A stretch of 64,000 nucleotides of DNA from Syntrophales bacterium (GCA_030655775.1 JAUSPI010000154.1:3839-67838); one strand, 5' to 3'. Numbered from the stretch's first letter, positions 7,325-20,261 are shown. The notes: generated by a model not told the origin, from the letters alone. A program made the numbers and translations.

Positions 7325-10063
7325 ATGAAGAAAAAGTACGTCTATTTTTTCGGTGACGGAAAAGCCGAAGGCGGCGCGGATATGAGAAACTTGCTGGGCG
7401 GCAAAGGTGCGAACATCGCCGAAATGGTGAATCTCGGAATGCCGGTCCCTTCGGGATTTACCCTCACGACCGAGGTCTGTAGTGAATTCTATAAGAGAAA
7501 GAAAAATTATCCTGCGGGCGTAGAGGCGCAGGTGAAGGCAAGCCTGGCACAGGTGGAAAAAATCATGAAGCGCAAATTCGGTGATGAAAATGACCCGCTT
7601 CTTTTGAGTGTCCGTTCCGGCGCTCGTGCTTCCATGCCGGGCATGATGGAATCTGTTCTTAATATAGGGCTTACCACAAAGACCATTCCCGGCCTCATTA
7701 AAAAGTCGGGCGATCCTCGTTTTGTGTACGATGCCTACCGTCGTCTTATTGCAATGTACTCGGATGTTGTTATGGAAAAGGCCGCCGGTCTTGAACCGGA
7801 AGAAGATGAAGGAGTACGGAGTCAGTTAGAGCGCCTCCTGAAAAATGTGAAGAAAAAAAGGGGGTATAAGAGTGATTTAGATCTTACGGCCGATGATCTC
7901 AAGGGACTGTGTGAACAGTACAAGAAGACAGTTCATAAAGTATTGGGGAAAGAATTTCCTGATGATCCGATGGAGCAGCTTTGGGGCGGGATTAATGCGG
8001 TCTTCCTTTCGTGGAATGGAAAACGCGCTGTTGCCTATCGCCGCATTGAAGGCATTCCGGATGACTGGGGGACAGCAGTCAACGTTCAAACCATGGTTTT
8101 TGGTAACATGGGAGATGACTGTGCCACCGGTGTTGCCTTTACGCGGAATCCAGCCACCGGAGAGAACGCCTTTTACGGTGAGTGGCTGATCAATGCACAG
8201 GGAGAGGACGTGGTGGCAGGTACTCGTACCCCGTTTGCATTGAATGCGGTTTCAAAGGTTGATACCAACAAACATCTTCCCACGCTGGAAAAGGACATGC
8301 CGAAACTTTATAAACAGCTTTATGCTATCAGAAACAGGCTGGAACGGCATTACAAAGATATGCAGGACATAGAATTCACTATCGAAAGTGGTATTCTTTA
8401 CATGTTGCAGACCCGGACAGGAAAACGAAACGGACCTGCCGCTATAAAAATAGCAGTCGATATGGCTAATTCAAGATTGATTTCCCGGGAGACCGCATTG
8501 ATGCGGGTGGAGCCCGAACAGATCAATGAGCTCCTTCATCCAATGGTTGACCCGGCAGCGGAAAAAACCGCGGTCAAACTCGGAAAGGGCCTCCCTGCCG
8601 GGCCGGGTAGTGGCGTAGGCAAGATTGTCCTTACCGCAGACAAGGCCGAAGAGCTTGGCGCCAAAGGTGAAAAGGTTATTCTCGTCAGGGAAGAAACCTC
8701 ACCGGAAGACGTACATGGGATGAAACCTTCCCAGGCAATCCTGACCGCCAAAGGGGGGATGACCAGCCATGCAGCGCTTGTAGCCCGCGGTTGGGGGAAA
8801 TGTACTATCGTGGGGTGTGGAGACCTCAGCATTAATCTCAAGGCAAAAACCGCAAAATTTGGCGATACAGTCCTCAAAGAGGGGGACTGGATAACCATGA
8901 ACGGTACCAAGGGTATTATTTATAAGGGTCAACTCGACTTAGTCGCCCTTGATCCAGCAAAAAACAAACCATACAGAGAGCTAATGTCATGGGCCGATAA
9001 GGTCCGCAAGCTTAACGTTCGTACCAACGCCGACACTCCCGGGGACGCTGCTACTGCTGTGATGTTTGGTGCGGAAGGTATAGGACTCACCCGAACTGAG
9101 CACATGTTTTTTGGCGACCGTATATGGGCAATGCGCGAGATGATCATGGCCGACACTCTTGAAGAACGTGAGAAGGCCCTGGCCAAACTGTTGCCGATGC
9201 AGCGTGAAGATTTTTACGGAATTTTCAAAGAGATGAAAGGACGTCCTGTTACTATTCGGCTTCTTGATCCCCCGCTGCATGAATTTGTCCCCCATGAAAA
9301 GGCCGCACAGAAAGAGATGGCTGCCCGTTTGAAGATTAAAGTCGAAGAGATCGTCAAAAAAGTTGAGTCTTTGTCAGAATTTAATCCGATGCTCGGTCAC
9401 AGAGGATGCCGTCTGGGGACGACGCATCCCGAGATTACGGCAATGCAGGCACAGGCAATCTTTGAAGCTGTTGTGCAGTGCAAGAAGAAAAAAATAAATG
9501 TACTGCCCGAGGTTATGGTACCCCTGGTAGGAACTGTGGGTGAATTTACGAATCAAAAGGCTATCATTGATAGAGTGGCAAAAGAGGTTATGGACGAGAG
9601 CGGGACAAAGTTTAAATATATGGTAGGGACTATGATTGAAATCCCGCGGGCTGTCCTCGTTGCGGACAAGATAGCCGAAAATGCGGAATTTTTCTCGTTC
9701 GGCACAAACGATCTTACCCAGATGGCATTTGGCTATTCGCGAGACGACGCCGGAAGTTTTTTACCGGACTATATTCGCCGTAAGATACTGGCAGGTGATC
9801 CATTCCAGAGCATTGACCGAACGGGCGTCGGCGAGTTGATGAAGATCGGGGTGAACCGCGGCCGCTCGGAACGAAAAAACCTGAAAATAGGGATCTGTGG
9901 CGAACATGGAGGCGATCCTGCGTCTGTGGTCTTCTGCCATGAAATCGGGCTTGATTATGTGAGCTGTTCTCCCTACAGGGTACCGATCGCTCGGCTTGCG
10001 GCTGCACATGCAGTGATAATGGAGAAACTGGGCAAGAGGGACAAGAAAACTACTACCGGCTAA
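7325..10063 (+). CDS. ppdK: pyruvate, phosphate dikinase
   Basis: About 912 aa. N-terminal GGKGANIAEM, phosphohistidine block GGMTSHAALVARGWG, and C-terminal FFSFGTNDLTQM. ATG 7325 is preceded by GAAAGGAG. Confidence 0.95.
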   Translation: MKKKYVYFFGDGKAEGGADMRNLLGGKGANIAEMVNLGMPVPSGFTLTTEVCSEFYKRKKNYPAGVEAQVKASLAQVEKIMKRKFGDENDPLLLSVRSGARASMPGMMESVLNIGLTTKTIPGLIKKSGDPRFVYDAYRRLIAMYSDVVMEKAAGLEPEEDEGVRSQLERLLKNVKKKRGYKSDLDLTADDLKGLCEQYKKTVHKVLGKEFPDDPMEQLWGGINAVFLSWNGKRAVAYRRIEGIPDDWGTAVNVQTMVFGNMGDDCATGVAFTRNPATGENAFYGEWLINAQGEDVVAGTRTPFALNAVSKVDTNKHLPTLEKDMPKLYKQLYAIRNRLERHYKDMQDIEFTIESGILYMLQTRTGKRNGPAAIKIAVDMANSRLISRETALMRVEPEQINELLHPMVDPAAEKTAVKLGKGLPAGPGSGVGKIVLTADKAEELGAKGEKVILVREETSPEDVHGMKPSQAILTAKGGMTSHAALVARGWGKCTIVGCGDLSINLKAKTAKFGDTVLKEGDWITMNGTKGIIYKGQLDLVALDPAKNKPYRELMSWADKVRKLNVRTNADTPGDAATAVMFGAEGIGLTRTEHMFFGDRIWAMREMIMADTLEEREKALAKLLPMQREDFYGIFKEMKGRPVTIRLLDPPLHEFVPHEKAAQKEMAARLKIKVEEIVKKVESLSEFNPMLGHRGCRLGTTHPEITAMQAQAIFEAVVQCKKKKINVLPEVMVPLVGTVGEFTNQKAIIDRVAKEVMDESGTKFKYMVGTMIEIPRAVLVADKIAENAEFFSFGTNDLTQMAFGYSRDDAGSFLPDYIRRKILAGDPFQSIDRTGVGELMKIGVNRGRSERKNLKIGICGEHGGDPASVVFCHEIGLDYVSCSPYRVPIARLAAAHAVIMEKLGKRDKKTTTG

Positions 10064-10075
10064 AGCCGATAGCTT

Positions 10076-10158
10076 GAGGCACAAAGGCACATAGTTACAA
10101 AGGCACAAAGTAATATTATTTTTTTCTCTTCCTCTGTGCCTTTGGTACTTTGTGCCTC
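10076..10158. repeat. inverted short-tandem-repeat element A (arms built of GAGGCACAAAG units)
   Basis: Left arm 10076-10110 (GAGGCACAAAGGCACATAGTTACAAAGGCACAAAG). Right arm 10132-10158 (CTCTGTGCCTTTGGTACTTTGTGCCTC). It starts 13 nt after the ppdK stop. Confidence 0.85.
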
Positions 10159-10176
10159 TATCACATAAATTAAACC

Positions 10177-10235
10177 GTAGGGCAGGGCTTTAGCCCTGCA
10201 TGAACAACAGCAAGGCTAATAAAGCCTTACCCTAC
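10177..10235. repeat. GTAGGG...CCCTAC clamped twin-hairpin element
   Basis: Sequence GTAGGG-CAGGGCTTTAGCCCTG-linker-GCAAGGCTAATAAAGCCTTAC-CCTAC. Same architecture as 59258-59313. Confidence 0.7.
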
Positions 10236-10324
10236 TAAAGGGCGAGGCTTTTTTCCATTCCCCGAATGGGACAATAAACAAATCAGCTTCTTCCTAATAG
10301 TTCCACAGTGGGATTACCCCGGGT

Positions 10325-11527
10325 CTAATATTTAAACATTCCGTTTTCGTAAATTACCATCTTTTTGCCGGAAGCAAGGTGTGCGGTAATCGTCTTTCTT
10401 TCTGTATTCACAAGATCCCAGTGAAGGGCTGAATCGTTAAAGCCCAGCTTTTTCTTCATTTCCCTTGTCAGCTCAGCGGGATTTCCATTGTAAGTATCCG
10501 AATATGACGCACCAACTGCAATATGACAGTTCCCGAAGCGACCGCCATAGTTCTCATCATAAAGGGTATTGGCCATAAATTTGTCAATCTTTGAAAACCT
10601 CTTATCAGTTAAAGAAAACTCCCCTACCCTGCAGGCTCCTTTGTCCATTGACATCTGCTTTTGTGTAAACTCTTTTCCTGCATCAGCTTCTATACCGACA
10701 GCATAACCCTTCTTGAACTCCAGCCTCACGCCCTCGATATAATTGCCGCTTCGAAAAGAAGGCTGATTTGCATAATAGATACCTTCAGTTCCTCTCCAGT
10801 CGGGTGAAAGAAACATCTCAAAACTTGGAATATTATGCCCGGAAATCCCAATCCATCTTCTTTGCTTTCCCGGTGTAATCTTCAAGTCAATATTTTCTGA
10901 CTGGATATGATAAAACTTGACGTCCAGGCTATTCATCCATTTCTTTATAGCTCCGGCATTTCTGTAAATAGCTTTCCATTCACGAACAGGGTCATCACTG
11001 TCAAGGTAACAGGCCTTGCTAATCTGCGCGGTGTACCGCTTCATGGAGAGTTTAGCCTTTTTAGCAAGTTCAGGAGTCGGAAACATGCAGAGTGTCCAGC
11101 CGAACACTCCAACCTCTTCACGTTTCTCTAATATCTCCCTTAACGGTTTTCTGGCAACCAGTGCTTTAGCCATCCTTCTTGGATCAATACCGCTAAGATG
11201 GGTAAGGGACTGCGGTGCATGAAGATAGATGTTCCCGTTAAGATTTTCACAAAGTTCCCTTTCTCCGGGAGGTTGGAAAACAAGTTGCCTGCTATTCGCT
11301 TTTGCATAAAAATTGAGTTCCATTTCAGACGTCAGACCCGATCTTAGAACCGGATTCATCCCCATATCAAGAAACCTTGCGTGCAGGATTTCCGCAAGTT
11401 TTATGGCATCAATATCATATCGAATCAGGACAACATCGCCCTTTCTGTATTTTGACGTTCTTGCGGTTTTCAATCCCCATATAAGGACATCAGCATATCT
11501 TTCAATCTGTATATCTGTAAGTGCCAT
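10325..11527 (-). CDS. aminopeptidase, peptidase M29 (AmpS/aminopeptidase T-like) family
   Basis: 400-aa ORF. The family assignment is by overall sequence recognition only. Confidence 0.7.
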   Translation of the reverse strand: MALTDIQIERYADVLIWGLKTARTSKYRKGDVVLIRYDIDAIKLAEILHARFLDMGMNPVLRSGLTSEMELNFYAKANSRQLVFQPPGERELCENLNGNIYLHAPQSLTHLSGIDPRRMAKALVARKPLREILEKREEVGVFGWTLCMFPTPELAKKAKLSMKRYTAQISKACYLDSDDPVREWKAIYRNAGAIKKWMNSLDVKFYHIQSENIDLKITPGKQRRWIGISGHNIPSFEMFLSPDWRGTEGIYYANQPSFRSGNYIEGVRLEFKKGYAVGIEADAGKEFTQKQMSMDKGACRVGEFSLTDKRFSKIDKFMANTLYDENYGGRFGNCHIAVGASYSDTYNGNPAELTREMKKKLGFNDSALHWDLVNTERKTITAHLASGKKMVIYENGMFKY

Positions 11528-11548
11528 TTCAACCCTCCATTTTTACAT

Positions 11549-11666
11549 AAAAATCCCCCCGTCCCCCCCTTTAAAAAAGGGGGGCAAAGAGAGGACGTTA
11601 CCCTTTATAAAAGGGGGAAACCCTTATGTCATCCCACTTTTATAAAGGGGGATTAAGGGGGATTTT
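11549..11666. repeat. inverted short-tandem-repeat element F (arms AAAATCCCCCCGTCCCCCCCTTT / AAAGGGGGATTAAGGGGGATTTT)
   Basis: The arms at 11549-11572 and 11643-11666 are reverse complements. The core contains the further palindromes CCCCTTTAAAAAAGGGGGG and CCCTTTATAAAAGGGGG. Confidence 0.75.
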
Positions 11667-11676
11667 CAGACAGAAA

Positions 11677-12267
11677 TCAAATCACCGATGGTTTGCATAT
11701 AATCTCTTTCACCTTAAGATCAAAGACATTGGAGCTGTTTGCAGGTTGAATAACCAGAGCAGTATCAGCGCCTCTTGCTGTTCCTCCTATTGATATTACA
11801 TCTTCATCCGTCCGTACCAGACCTGCATCGGCGGCCATCAGGGCCAATTCAACAGCCACTTTGGTCCCCTGACCGAACATCCTCAGGACATAAGCGACAA
11901 TTTCATCCACCTGGTAGGTAGAAAGCTTATTCCTTATGCCGCGGCCGATCCCGGCCAGGGCATGCATACAGGTCAGGACGCTTACACCATTCGACTCCAA
12001 TTCCGTACGGGACTCCTCACTCAACTCCTGAAAATTGGGTTTTGCAAACCCCGTAACGTGGGTTACAGCAATAATTTTGATGCCCTTATCCAGAATTTCC
12101 AGTGCATCGAAAGCAGTTTTTCCGGTATTCGTTGCAATAAGAACTTTTCTGATATCGAGTTCCTCTGCCCTGCGCGCAACCGCTTCAAGAACCTCGCTGG
12201 TATTCTGTATGCCTGGCTTTTTAAAGTAACGGCATCCGATATCTTCGTATAATGATAAATCTGACAT
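11677..12267 (-). CDS. stand-alone pyruvate-kinase C-terminal (alpha/beta) domain-like protein
   Basis: 196 aa. Recognition-level resemblance to PK C-terminal domain proteins. RBS GGGAGGTG upstream. Confidence 0.55.
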   Translation of the reverse strand: MSDLSLYEDIGCRYFKKPGIQNTSEVLEAVARRAEELDIRKVLIATNTGKTAFDALEILDKGIKIIAVTHVTGFAKPNFQELSEESRTELESNGVSVLTCMHALAGIGRGIRNKLSTYQVDEIVAYVLRMFGQGTKVAVELALMAADAGLVRTDEDVISIGGTARGADTALVIQPANSSNVFDLKVKEIICKPSVI

Positions 12268-12349
12268 AAAAGATCACCTCCCTTTAATAATTTCTGAACA
12301 ATATCACCCTTGAAAGAATATAAAAAGCCTTTTTGCAACATTTATAAAC

Positions 12350-12377
12350 TTGACATCTTACTTATTCTGGCTATCTT
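12350..12377 (+). promoter_or_regulatory. sigma70-like promoter pointing toward the aminotransferase gene
   Basis: TTGACA (12350-12355), 16-nt spacer, TATCTT (12372-12377). Confidence 0.4.
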
Positions 12378-12472
12378 AATTACTGAATCACCCTGTTAGA
12401 GTCTTTATTATCAACAACTGCGTTTTTTGCGCAGATGTTGGTACCAGTTCAAACAGCAAGATTTAGTTAAGA

Positions 12473-12609
12473 GTGTAAAGTGAACTAAAGTGAGCTAAAG
12501 TGCCTAAAGTTAAAAAATGCGCTTTCAGCGCAGCCTGTTTTGAATTTGACCGCGCCGAAGGCGTGTACATTAACTTTAGTTCACTTTAGGCACTTCAAAC
12601 TTTAGGCAC
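12473..12609. repeat. inverted short-tandem-repeat element B (arms built of TGNNCTAAAG units)
   Basis: Left arm 12473-12510 (GTGTAAAGTGAACTAAAGTGAGCTAAAGTGCCTAAAGT). Right arm 12573-12609 is its imperfect complement. 62-nt core with two small GC hairpins. Confidence 0.85.
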
Positions 12610-12646
12610 TTTTGGGGTTGCGGCTTTGCCGCTTTAGGAGAAATAT

Positions 12647-12691
12647 CCGTCACCCTATGATCTATGGGTGACGGTTTCTTTAATATTTTTT
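12647..12691 (+). terminator. intrinsic-terminator-like hairpin in the 5' region of the aminotransferase gene
   Basis: Stem CCGTCACCC (12647-12655) and GGGTGACGG (12666-12674), followed by TTTCTTTAATATTTTTT. It ends 20 nt before the ATG at 12712. Confidence 0.5.
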
Positions 12692-12711
12692 GAGAAAGGA
12701 AGGATAACCTT

Positions 12712-13824
12712 ATGGACACACCATACAAAGACCTCTCGCTTCCACAGCGAATTTTACTGGGTCCCGGTCCCAGCAATGTACCGGATAGTGTACTCAAAGC
12801 CATGGCAAGCCCTGTCGTGGGACACCTCGACCCGGCATTTCTTGCCGTCATGGAAGAAGTCCAGGAAATGCTCCGGGTCGTTTTCATGACGAACAATCAT
12901 TTTACAATTCCCATTTCGGGAACGGGAAGTGCCGGTATGGAAGCCGCTTTTGTAAATATGATCGAAGAAGGTGATCATGTGCTCGTTTGCGTCAACGGTG
13001 TTTTTGGCGAACGTATGAGTGATATCGTCGGACGGTGCGGAGGTATCCTTAAAAGGGTTGAAGCAACATGGGGGACTCCGATTAATCCCGATGACGTTAC
13101 CGCCGCACTTCAAGACTTTCCAGCAACAATTGTGGCCATAGTCCACGCTGAAACATCTACCGGCGTGTTGCAGCCTCTTGAAGAAATTTCAAAGATTGTC
13201 CACGAAAAAGGTGCTCTTCTGTTAGTGGATGCAGTTACGTCTCTCGGAGGCGCTCCCGTCAAGATAGATGAGTGGAACATTGATATCTGTTATTCGGGAA
13301 CCCAAAAATGCCTCAGTTGCCCACCGGGGCTTGCTCCTATTACCTTCAGTGAGCCGGCCATTGAAAAGCTGAGAAAGCGCTCTCAAAAGGTGCAGTCCTG
13401 GTATCTGGATATGACCATGCTGGAAAAATACTGGGGGCCGGACAGAGTCTACCATCATACGGCGCCGATCAGCATGATTTACGCATTGAGAGAATCATTG
13501 CGGATTATATTGGAAGAAGGCCTAGCGACCAGATGGGAAAGACATACCAGGCACCATCGCGAGCTCGTTGCAGGTCTCGAAAAGCTGGGTTTAAATATGC
13601 TCGTAGAAGAATCATATCGGACACCGATGCTCAATTCTGTGGTTTTTTCATCGGATGTTGATGATGCGGCAGTTCGGAAAAGGCTTCTCGAAGAATATAA
13701 CATTGAAATCGGCAGTGGCCTTGGACCCCTCAAAGGAAAGATCTGGCGAATTGGACTTATGGGACATTCCTGCAGTCAGGAAAATGTGGAGCACATATTG
13801 AATGCCCTGAAGGCCTTACTCTAA
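12712..13824 (+). CDS. class V PLP aminotransferase (alanine-glyoxylate / serine-pyruvate type)
   Basis: 370 aa. LLGPGPSNVP start block and SGTQKCL (PLP-lysine context). Confidence 0.85.
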   Translation: MDTPYKDLSLPQRILLGPGPSNVPDSVLKAMASPVVGHLDPAFLAVMEEVQEMLRVVFMTNNHFTIPISGTGSAGMEAAFVNMIEEGDHVLVCVNGVFGERMSDIVGRCGGILKRVEATWGTPINPDDVTAALQDFPATIVAIVHAETSTGVLQPLEEISKIVHEKGALLLVDAVTSLGGAPVKIDEWNIDICYSGTQKCLSCPPGLAPITFSEPAIEKLRKRSQKVQSWYLDMTMLEKYWGPDRVYHHTAPISMIYALRESLRIILEEGLATRWERHTRHHRELVAGLEKLGLNMLVEESYRTPMLNSVVFSSDVDDAAVRKRLLEEYNIEIGSGLGPLKGKIWRIGLMGHSCSQENVEHILNALKALL

Positions 13825-13901
13825 CTCTGAATAGTGGCAAATCAGTATCAGTGTAAGCCGGGTATTTATTGACCGGAATATATCTTTACTGAGAATAGTT
13901 T

Positions 13902-17102
<3,201 letters not shown>

Positions 17103-17289
17103 ATTCAGCTACCCTTCCTTTTCAATCGTCAATTTACTTATAGGAACAGTATGATTTTTAAGTCTGAATGTTGCTATCAGTTAAACCAATTATTGTCAAT
17201 ATGTCTGTTGTTAAAAAATCTTTTTTATCGAACAAAAGATGGTCCTACGGAATTCTTTTTTCAGAATCGAGTTTGTGATATAGAAATAA

Positions 17290-17420
17290 GGGCACAGAGG
17301 CACAAAGGGATAGAGGCACAGAGGCACAAGGTACCAGAGGCACAAAGAAAGAAAAGATTGTAGGTTGGGTTGAGCTTGCGAAACCCCACAACTCGGAACC
17401 TTGAACTCTGAACTCGGAAC
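17290..17420. repeat. short-tandem-repeat cluster C (5 direct GAGGCACA(A)AG units, GTAGG hairpin, ACTCGGAAC units)
   Basis: 17290-17346 reuses the unit of element A in direct orientation only. 17360-17389 is GTAGGTTGGGTTGAGCTTGCGAAACCCCAC. 17390-17420 is AACTCGGAACCTTGAACTCTGAACTCGGAAC. Confidence 0.75.
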
Positions 17421-17473
17421 TTTCATGTAAACGAAGAAGAAAATGAAAAGAGGAAGGGGGCTTCGAACAAATA

Positions 17474-18253
17474 ATGTTTCTCTTTAAAAAAATTTTCGCA
17501 CCTTTATTTTTCCCGGTATCTTTATGTCTGGAGATTATGATACTGGGCCTGTACCTGCTTTTTTTTACAAAAAAGCAGAAGGCGGGAAAAGTCATTATGC
17601 TGATAGGGGTGCTATTGTTTGCATCACTCAGTTATGGAGTTGTTTCCGACAGATTGTTAAAGCCCCTGGAGTATCAATACCCACCACTTGCTTTAAATTC
17701 AGTATCTGACATTTCGTCTTCAGCAAAGTGGATCGTTGTGCTGGGTGGAGGGCACACATCTGATCCCAGACTTCCAGTTACCAGTCAGATTTCAGACGAG
17801 TCTCTTGTTCGTCTTATAGAGGCTATTCGTCTTTACAAAGAACTACCTGAATGCAAGCTTATCCTCTCAGGCGGAAGGAGTTTTGATCCGGTTCCCGAGG
17901 CTGAAACTATGGCGCGTGTCGCCCAGGCAATCGGTGTAAATAAACAGGATTTGCTTTTAGAAACAGGTTCCAGGGACACAAAGGATCAAGCTCAACACAT
18001 CAAGTCAATTCTTGGAAGCAACAAATTTATCCTGGTAACTTCCGCTTCACACATGCCTCGCTCGATTGCCCTATTCAGAAAGTTGGGAATGGATCCAATT
18101 CCAGCCCCTGCCGGTCATCGTGTTAAACAAAAACAGGGTGACGGCATAAGTCCCCACGATTTTTACCCTGATCCGGGAGCGTTGGTCAAGGCTCAAAGAG
18201 CGATATATGAATATCTGGGAATTGCCTGGGCAAGATTGAGAAACCAGATATAA
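17474..18253 (+). CDS. DUF218 / YdcF-ElyC family membrane-anchored protein
   Basis: 259 aa. N-terminal TM segments, then the VVLGGG...LILSGG...VTSASHMPRS pattern typical of DUF218. Confidence 0.7.
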   Translation: MFLFKKIFAPLFFPVSLCLEIMILGLYLLFFTKKQKAGKVIMLIGVLLFASLSYGVVSDRLLKPLEYQYPPLALNSVSDISSSAKWIVVLGGGHTSDPRLPVTSQISDESLVRLIEAIRLYKELPECKLILSGGRSFDPVPEAETMARVAQAIGVNKQDLLLETGSRDTKDQAQHIKSILGSNKFILVTSASHMPRSIALFRKLGMDPIPAPAGHRVKQKQGDGISPHDFYPDPGALVKAQRAIYEYLGIAWARLRNQI

Positions 18254-18292
18254 GTGATTAGAGTAATCTGGGTAATCTGCTAAATCTGTGGA

Positions 18293-18949
18293 TTAAATCA
18301 CAGAGGGTATCCACCGATAAACCGGCGCCAGGTATCTTGCCACCTGTTTTTTTCGAGGGATCATAAAGATGAAACACTTTTTCTGATCAGGAACGATTGC
18401 GATATGCCTGATAACACCCGGCTCAGGGTTACTATCCATAAATTTCATAAAGTTATCGCGCATCTTTACGCTTTCGTAATACAGATAAAACTTATAGTTT
18501 CCCCACTTCACATCTTCTCTATTTAACAGATGTGCGTTTGTTATTTTCGACCGCCGAAACCCGTCATACTTCGCCTCAATCAGATGACATTCCTCGGAAG
18601 GATCGTGCCTCAGGTACAACGTTATAAATAATCTATCATACCTTTTTATGAGCTTTGATATAGGAAAATAAAGTAATGAATGTCTTGGAAGAAATGTGAC
18701 GGTAACATCAACTTGAGAGATGGGGCTTTTCTTTTTAATGAAGAAATTAGCATGATAGCCGATTGCACCTCCGATATTGGTGAAGGTTTGATCATCCGGC
18801 TTGATAACATCTATGATGTCATCAAACACTGAAAGAGATAACGTTTTATTCTTTTTTCTGCCCCAGAAATAGACGAGCGTAAGGAAAAATGAGAAGGCAA
18901 TGAAAAGAAAGAAAACGGGCTGCGTCGCAATCTGCACATTATCGAACAT
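18293..18949 (-). CDS. hypothetical membrane-anchored protein (218 aa)
   Basis: Long ORF with one N-terminal TM helix, starting 4 nt after the stop of the ArsA-like gene. No family recognised. Confidence 0.5.
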   Translation of the reverse strand: MFDNVQIATQPVFFLFIAFSFFLTLVYFWGRKKNKTLSLSVFDDIIDVIKPDDQTFTNIGGAIGYHANFFIKKKSPISQVDVTVTFLPRHSLLYFPISKLIKRYDRLFITLYLRHDPSEECHLIEAKYDGFRRSKITNAHLLNREDVKWGNYKFYLYYESVKMRDNFMKFMDSNPEPGVIRHIAIVPDQKKCFIFMIPRKKQVARYLAPVYRWIPSVI

Positions 18950-18952
18950 TTT

Positions 18953-19885
18953 TTATCTTTCCTGAAGTCTGGATATGATAATTTCCGCTATATTGTATAG
19001 ACTCCCCTTTTCTCCGTCAAGGAGTGTCTTCGACAGGGAAACCCGCTCGAACGGAATATCTTTGGCCATCCTGCTTATACTTTTTTCAGTCTCTGCGGAC
19101 AGTTCACTGTTTTCTTCCGTTATCTTATTGTTTATGAAGAGGCGAAGTGGCAGGTTCAGATCATGAAGACCTTCAATCAATCTCTCGGACTCCCTCAGGG
19201 AAAGAACATCGGGATTAAAAACCACGACAACGGAGCAATCCTTTCCCTGCAGGGTTTTGTTCAAAGCATGATAGTTTTCACTTAACCTCCTTAGCCTTTT
19301 CATAACATTATCGTCTTCTTCATCGTAATCGAGCACCGTCTCTTCTTTGCTTGAAGTGCCTCTTATTCTATATATCGTATAGCGTTTTTTCAGAATCTGC
19401 TTTCTGATCCGGGTCAGTTGGTCAATCCAAGTTATTGTAATCCTTGGCAGGGCAAGAAACCTGAGTGTCAGCCCGGTCGGTGGTGTATCGAATATGATGT
19501 AGTCAAAATCTGTTTTGTTCCTTATCGTCTCTTCGATGCTGGTCAGTAGCGCATACTCTTCTATGCCGGGTGAATATTTCAGTACGGAAAAGTAATTGTC
19601 GAGATTCAGTGCTTGAAGATATTTATAAGTGTCTGAGAAGACATTGATTTCCCTCTGAAGATAATCTCGTGAAAGTTTCTGAATGTTGACCTCTTCAAGA
19701 AAAAGGTTTTCTGTAAATTGCTTTTCTTTGTTCTTCAGTGTTATCCCGAAGATGTCTCCCAGGTTATGTGCCGGATCCAGAGAAACGATCAATACACGGC
19801 TTTTTTGAGAAAACTGCCATGCCGCAGCAGCCGCCATGGTGGATTTACCCACCCCTCCTTTTCCTGTAAAAAAAATTATCTTCAT
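18953..19885 (-). CDS. ArsA/GET3-like P-loop ATPase
   Basis: 310 aa. FFTGKGGVGKST P-loop and SLDPAHNLGDIFG signature. Confidence 0.8.
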   Translation of the reverse strand: MKIIFFTGKGGVGKSTMAAAAAWQFSQKSRVLIVSLDPAHNLGDIFGITLKNKEKQFTENLFLEEVNIQKLSRDYLQREINVFSDTYKYLQALNLDNYFSVLKYSPGIEEYALLTSIEETIRNKTDFDYIIFDTPPTGLTLRFLALPRITITWIDQLTRIRKQILKKRYTIYRIRGTSSKEETVLDYDEEDDNVMKRLRRLSENYHALNKTLQGKDCSVVVVFNPDVLSLRESERLIEGLHDLNLPLRLFINNKITEENSELSAETEKSISRMAKDIPFERVSLSKTLLDGEKGSLYNIAEIIISRLQER

Positions 19886-20167
19886 TTAATCTATACCCAG
19901 TATTCCGCACATCTCCGCCAGCATATCGTTGGCCTCCCCTGCCCTTCTATTTAAAACTTTCAGCTCCTTTTCCATAAACGGCAGAAGCTCGACAGCCAGA
20001 AATGTTGGTGGCGAGGGAAATCCGACAAAGGAACCCAAAAGAAGAAGTGCAAAGATGTTTTCGAGCTCCTCCATTTCAACAATAGTGAGAGCAACGGTTT
20101 TTTCACGATGCGATGTATGCAGGCCGGATAAGATGCGACGGAAAAAACTAACGATTGATCGATTCAT
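19886..20167 (-). CDS. hypothetical small protein (93 aa) translationally coupled to the ArsA-like gene
   Basis: Start moved to ATG 20167 (MNRSIVSFFRR...). The 15 extra codons in the track come from the adjacent repeat. Its stop abuts the ArsA-like ATG. Confidence 0.45.
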   Translation of the reverse strand: MNRSIVSFFRRILSGLHTSHREKTVALTIVEMEELENIFALLLLGSFVGFPSPPTFLAVELLPFMEKELKVLNRRAGEANDMLAEMCGILGID

Positions 20168-20170
20168 CGA

Positions 20171-20261
20171 GATGACCGGGAGCGCGTCCGTAAGGGGCGC
20201 AATATAAAACAAACATATTCCTTACCGGGAAGCTCCCCGCCCTGTGGGCGGGGAGCTTCAC
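20171..20261 (-). repeat. double-hairpin repeat, copy lacking the second hairpin (orientation B)
   Basis: Sequence GATGACCGGGAGCGC|GTCCGTAAGGGGCGCAATATAAAACAAACATATTCCTTACCGGGAAGCTCCCCGCCCTGTGGGCGGGGAGCTTCAC. There is an internal deletion relative to the full copies. Confidence 0.85.
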
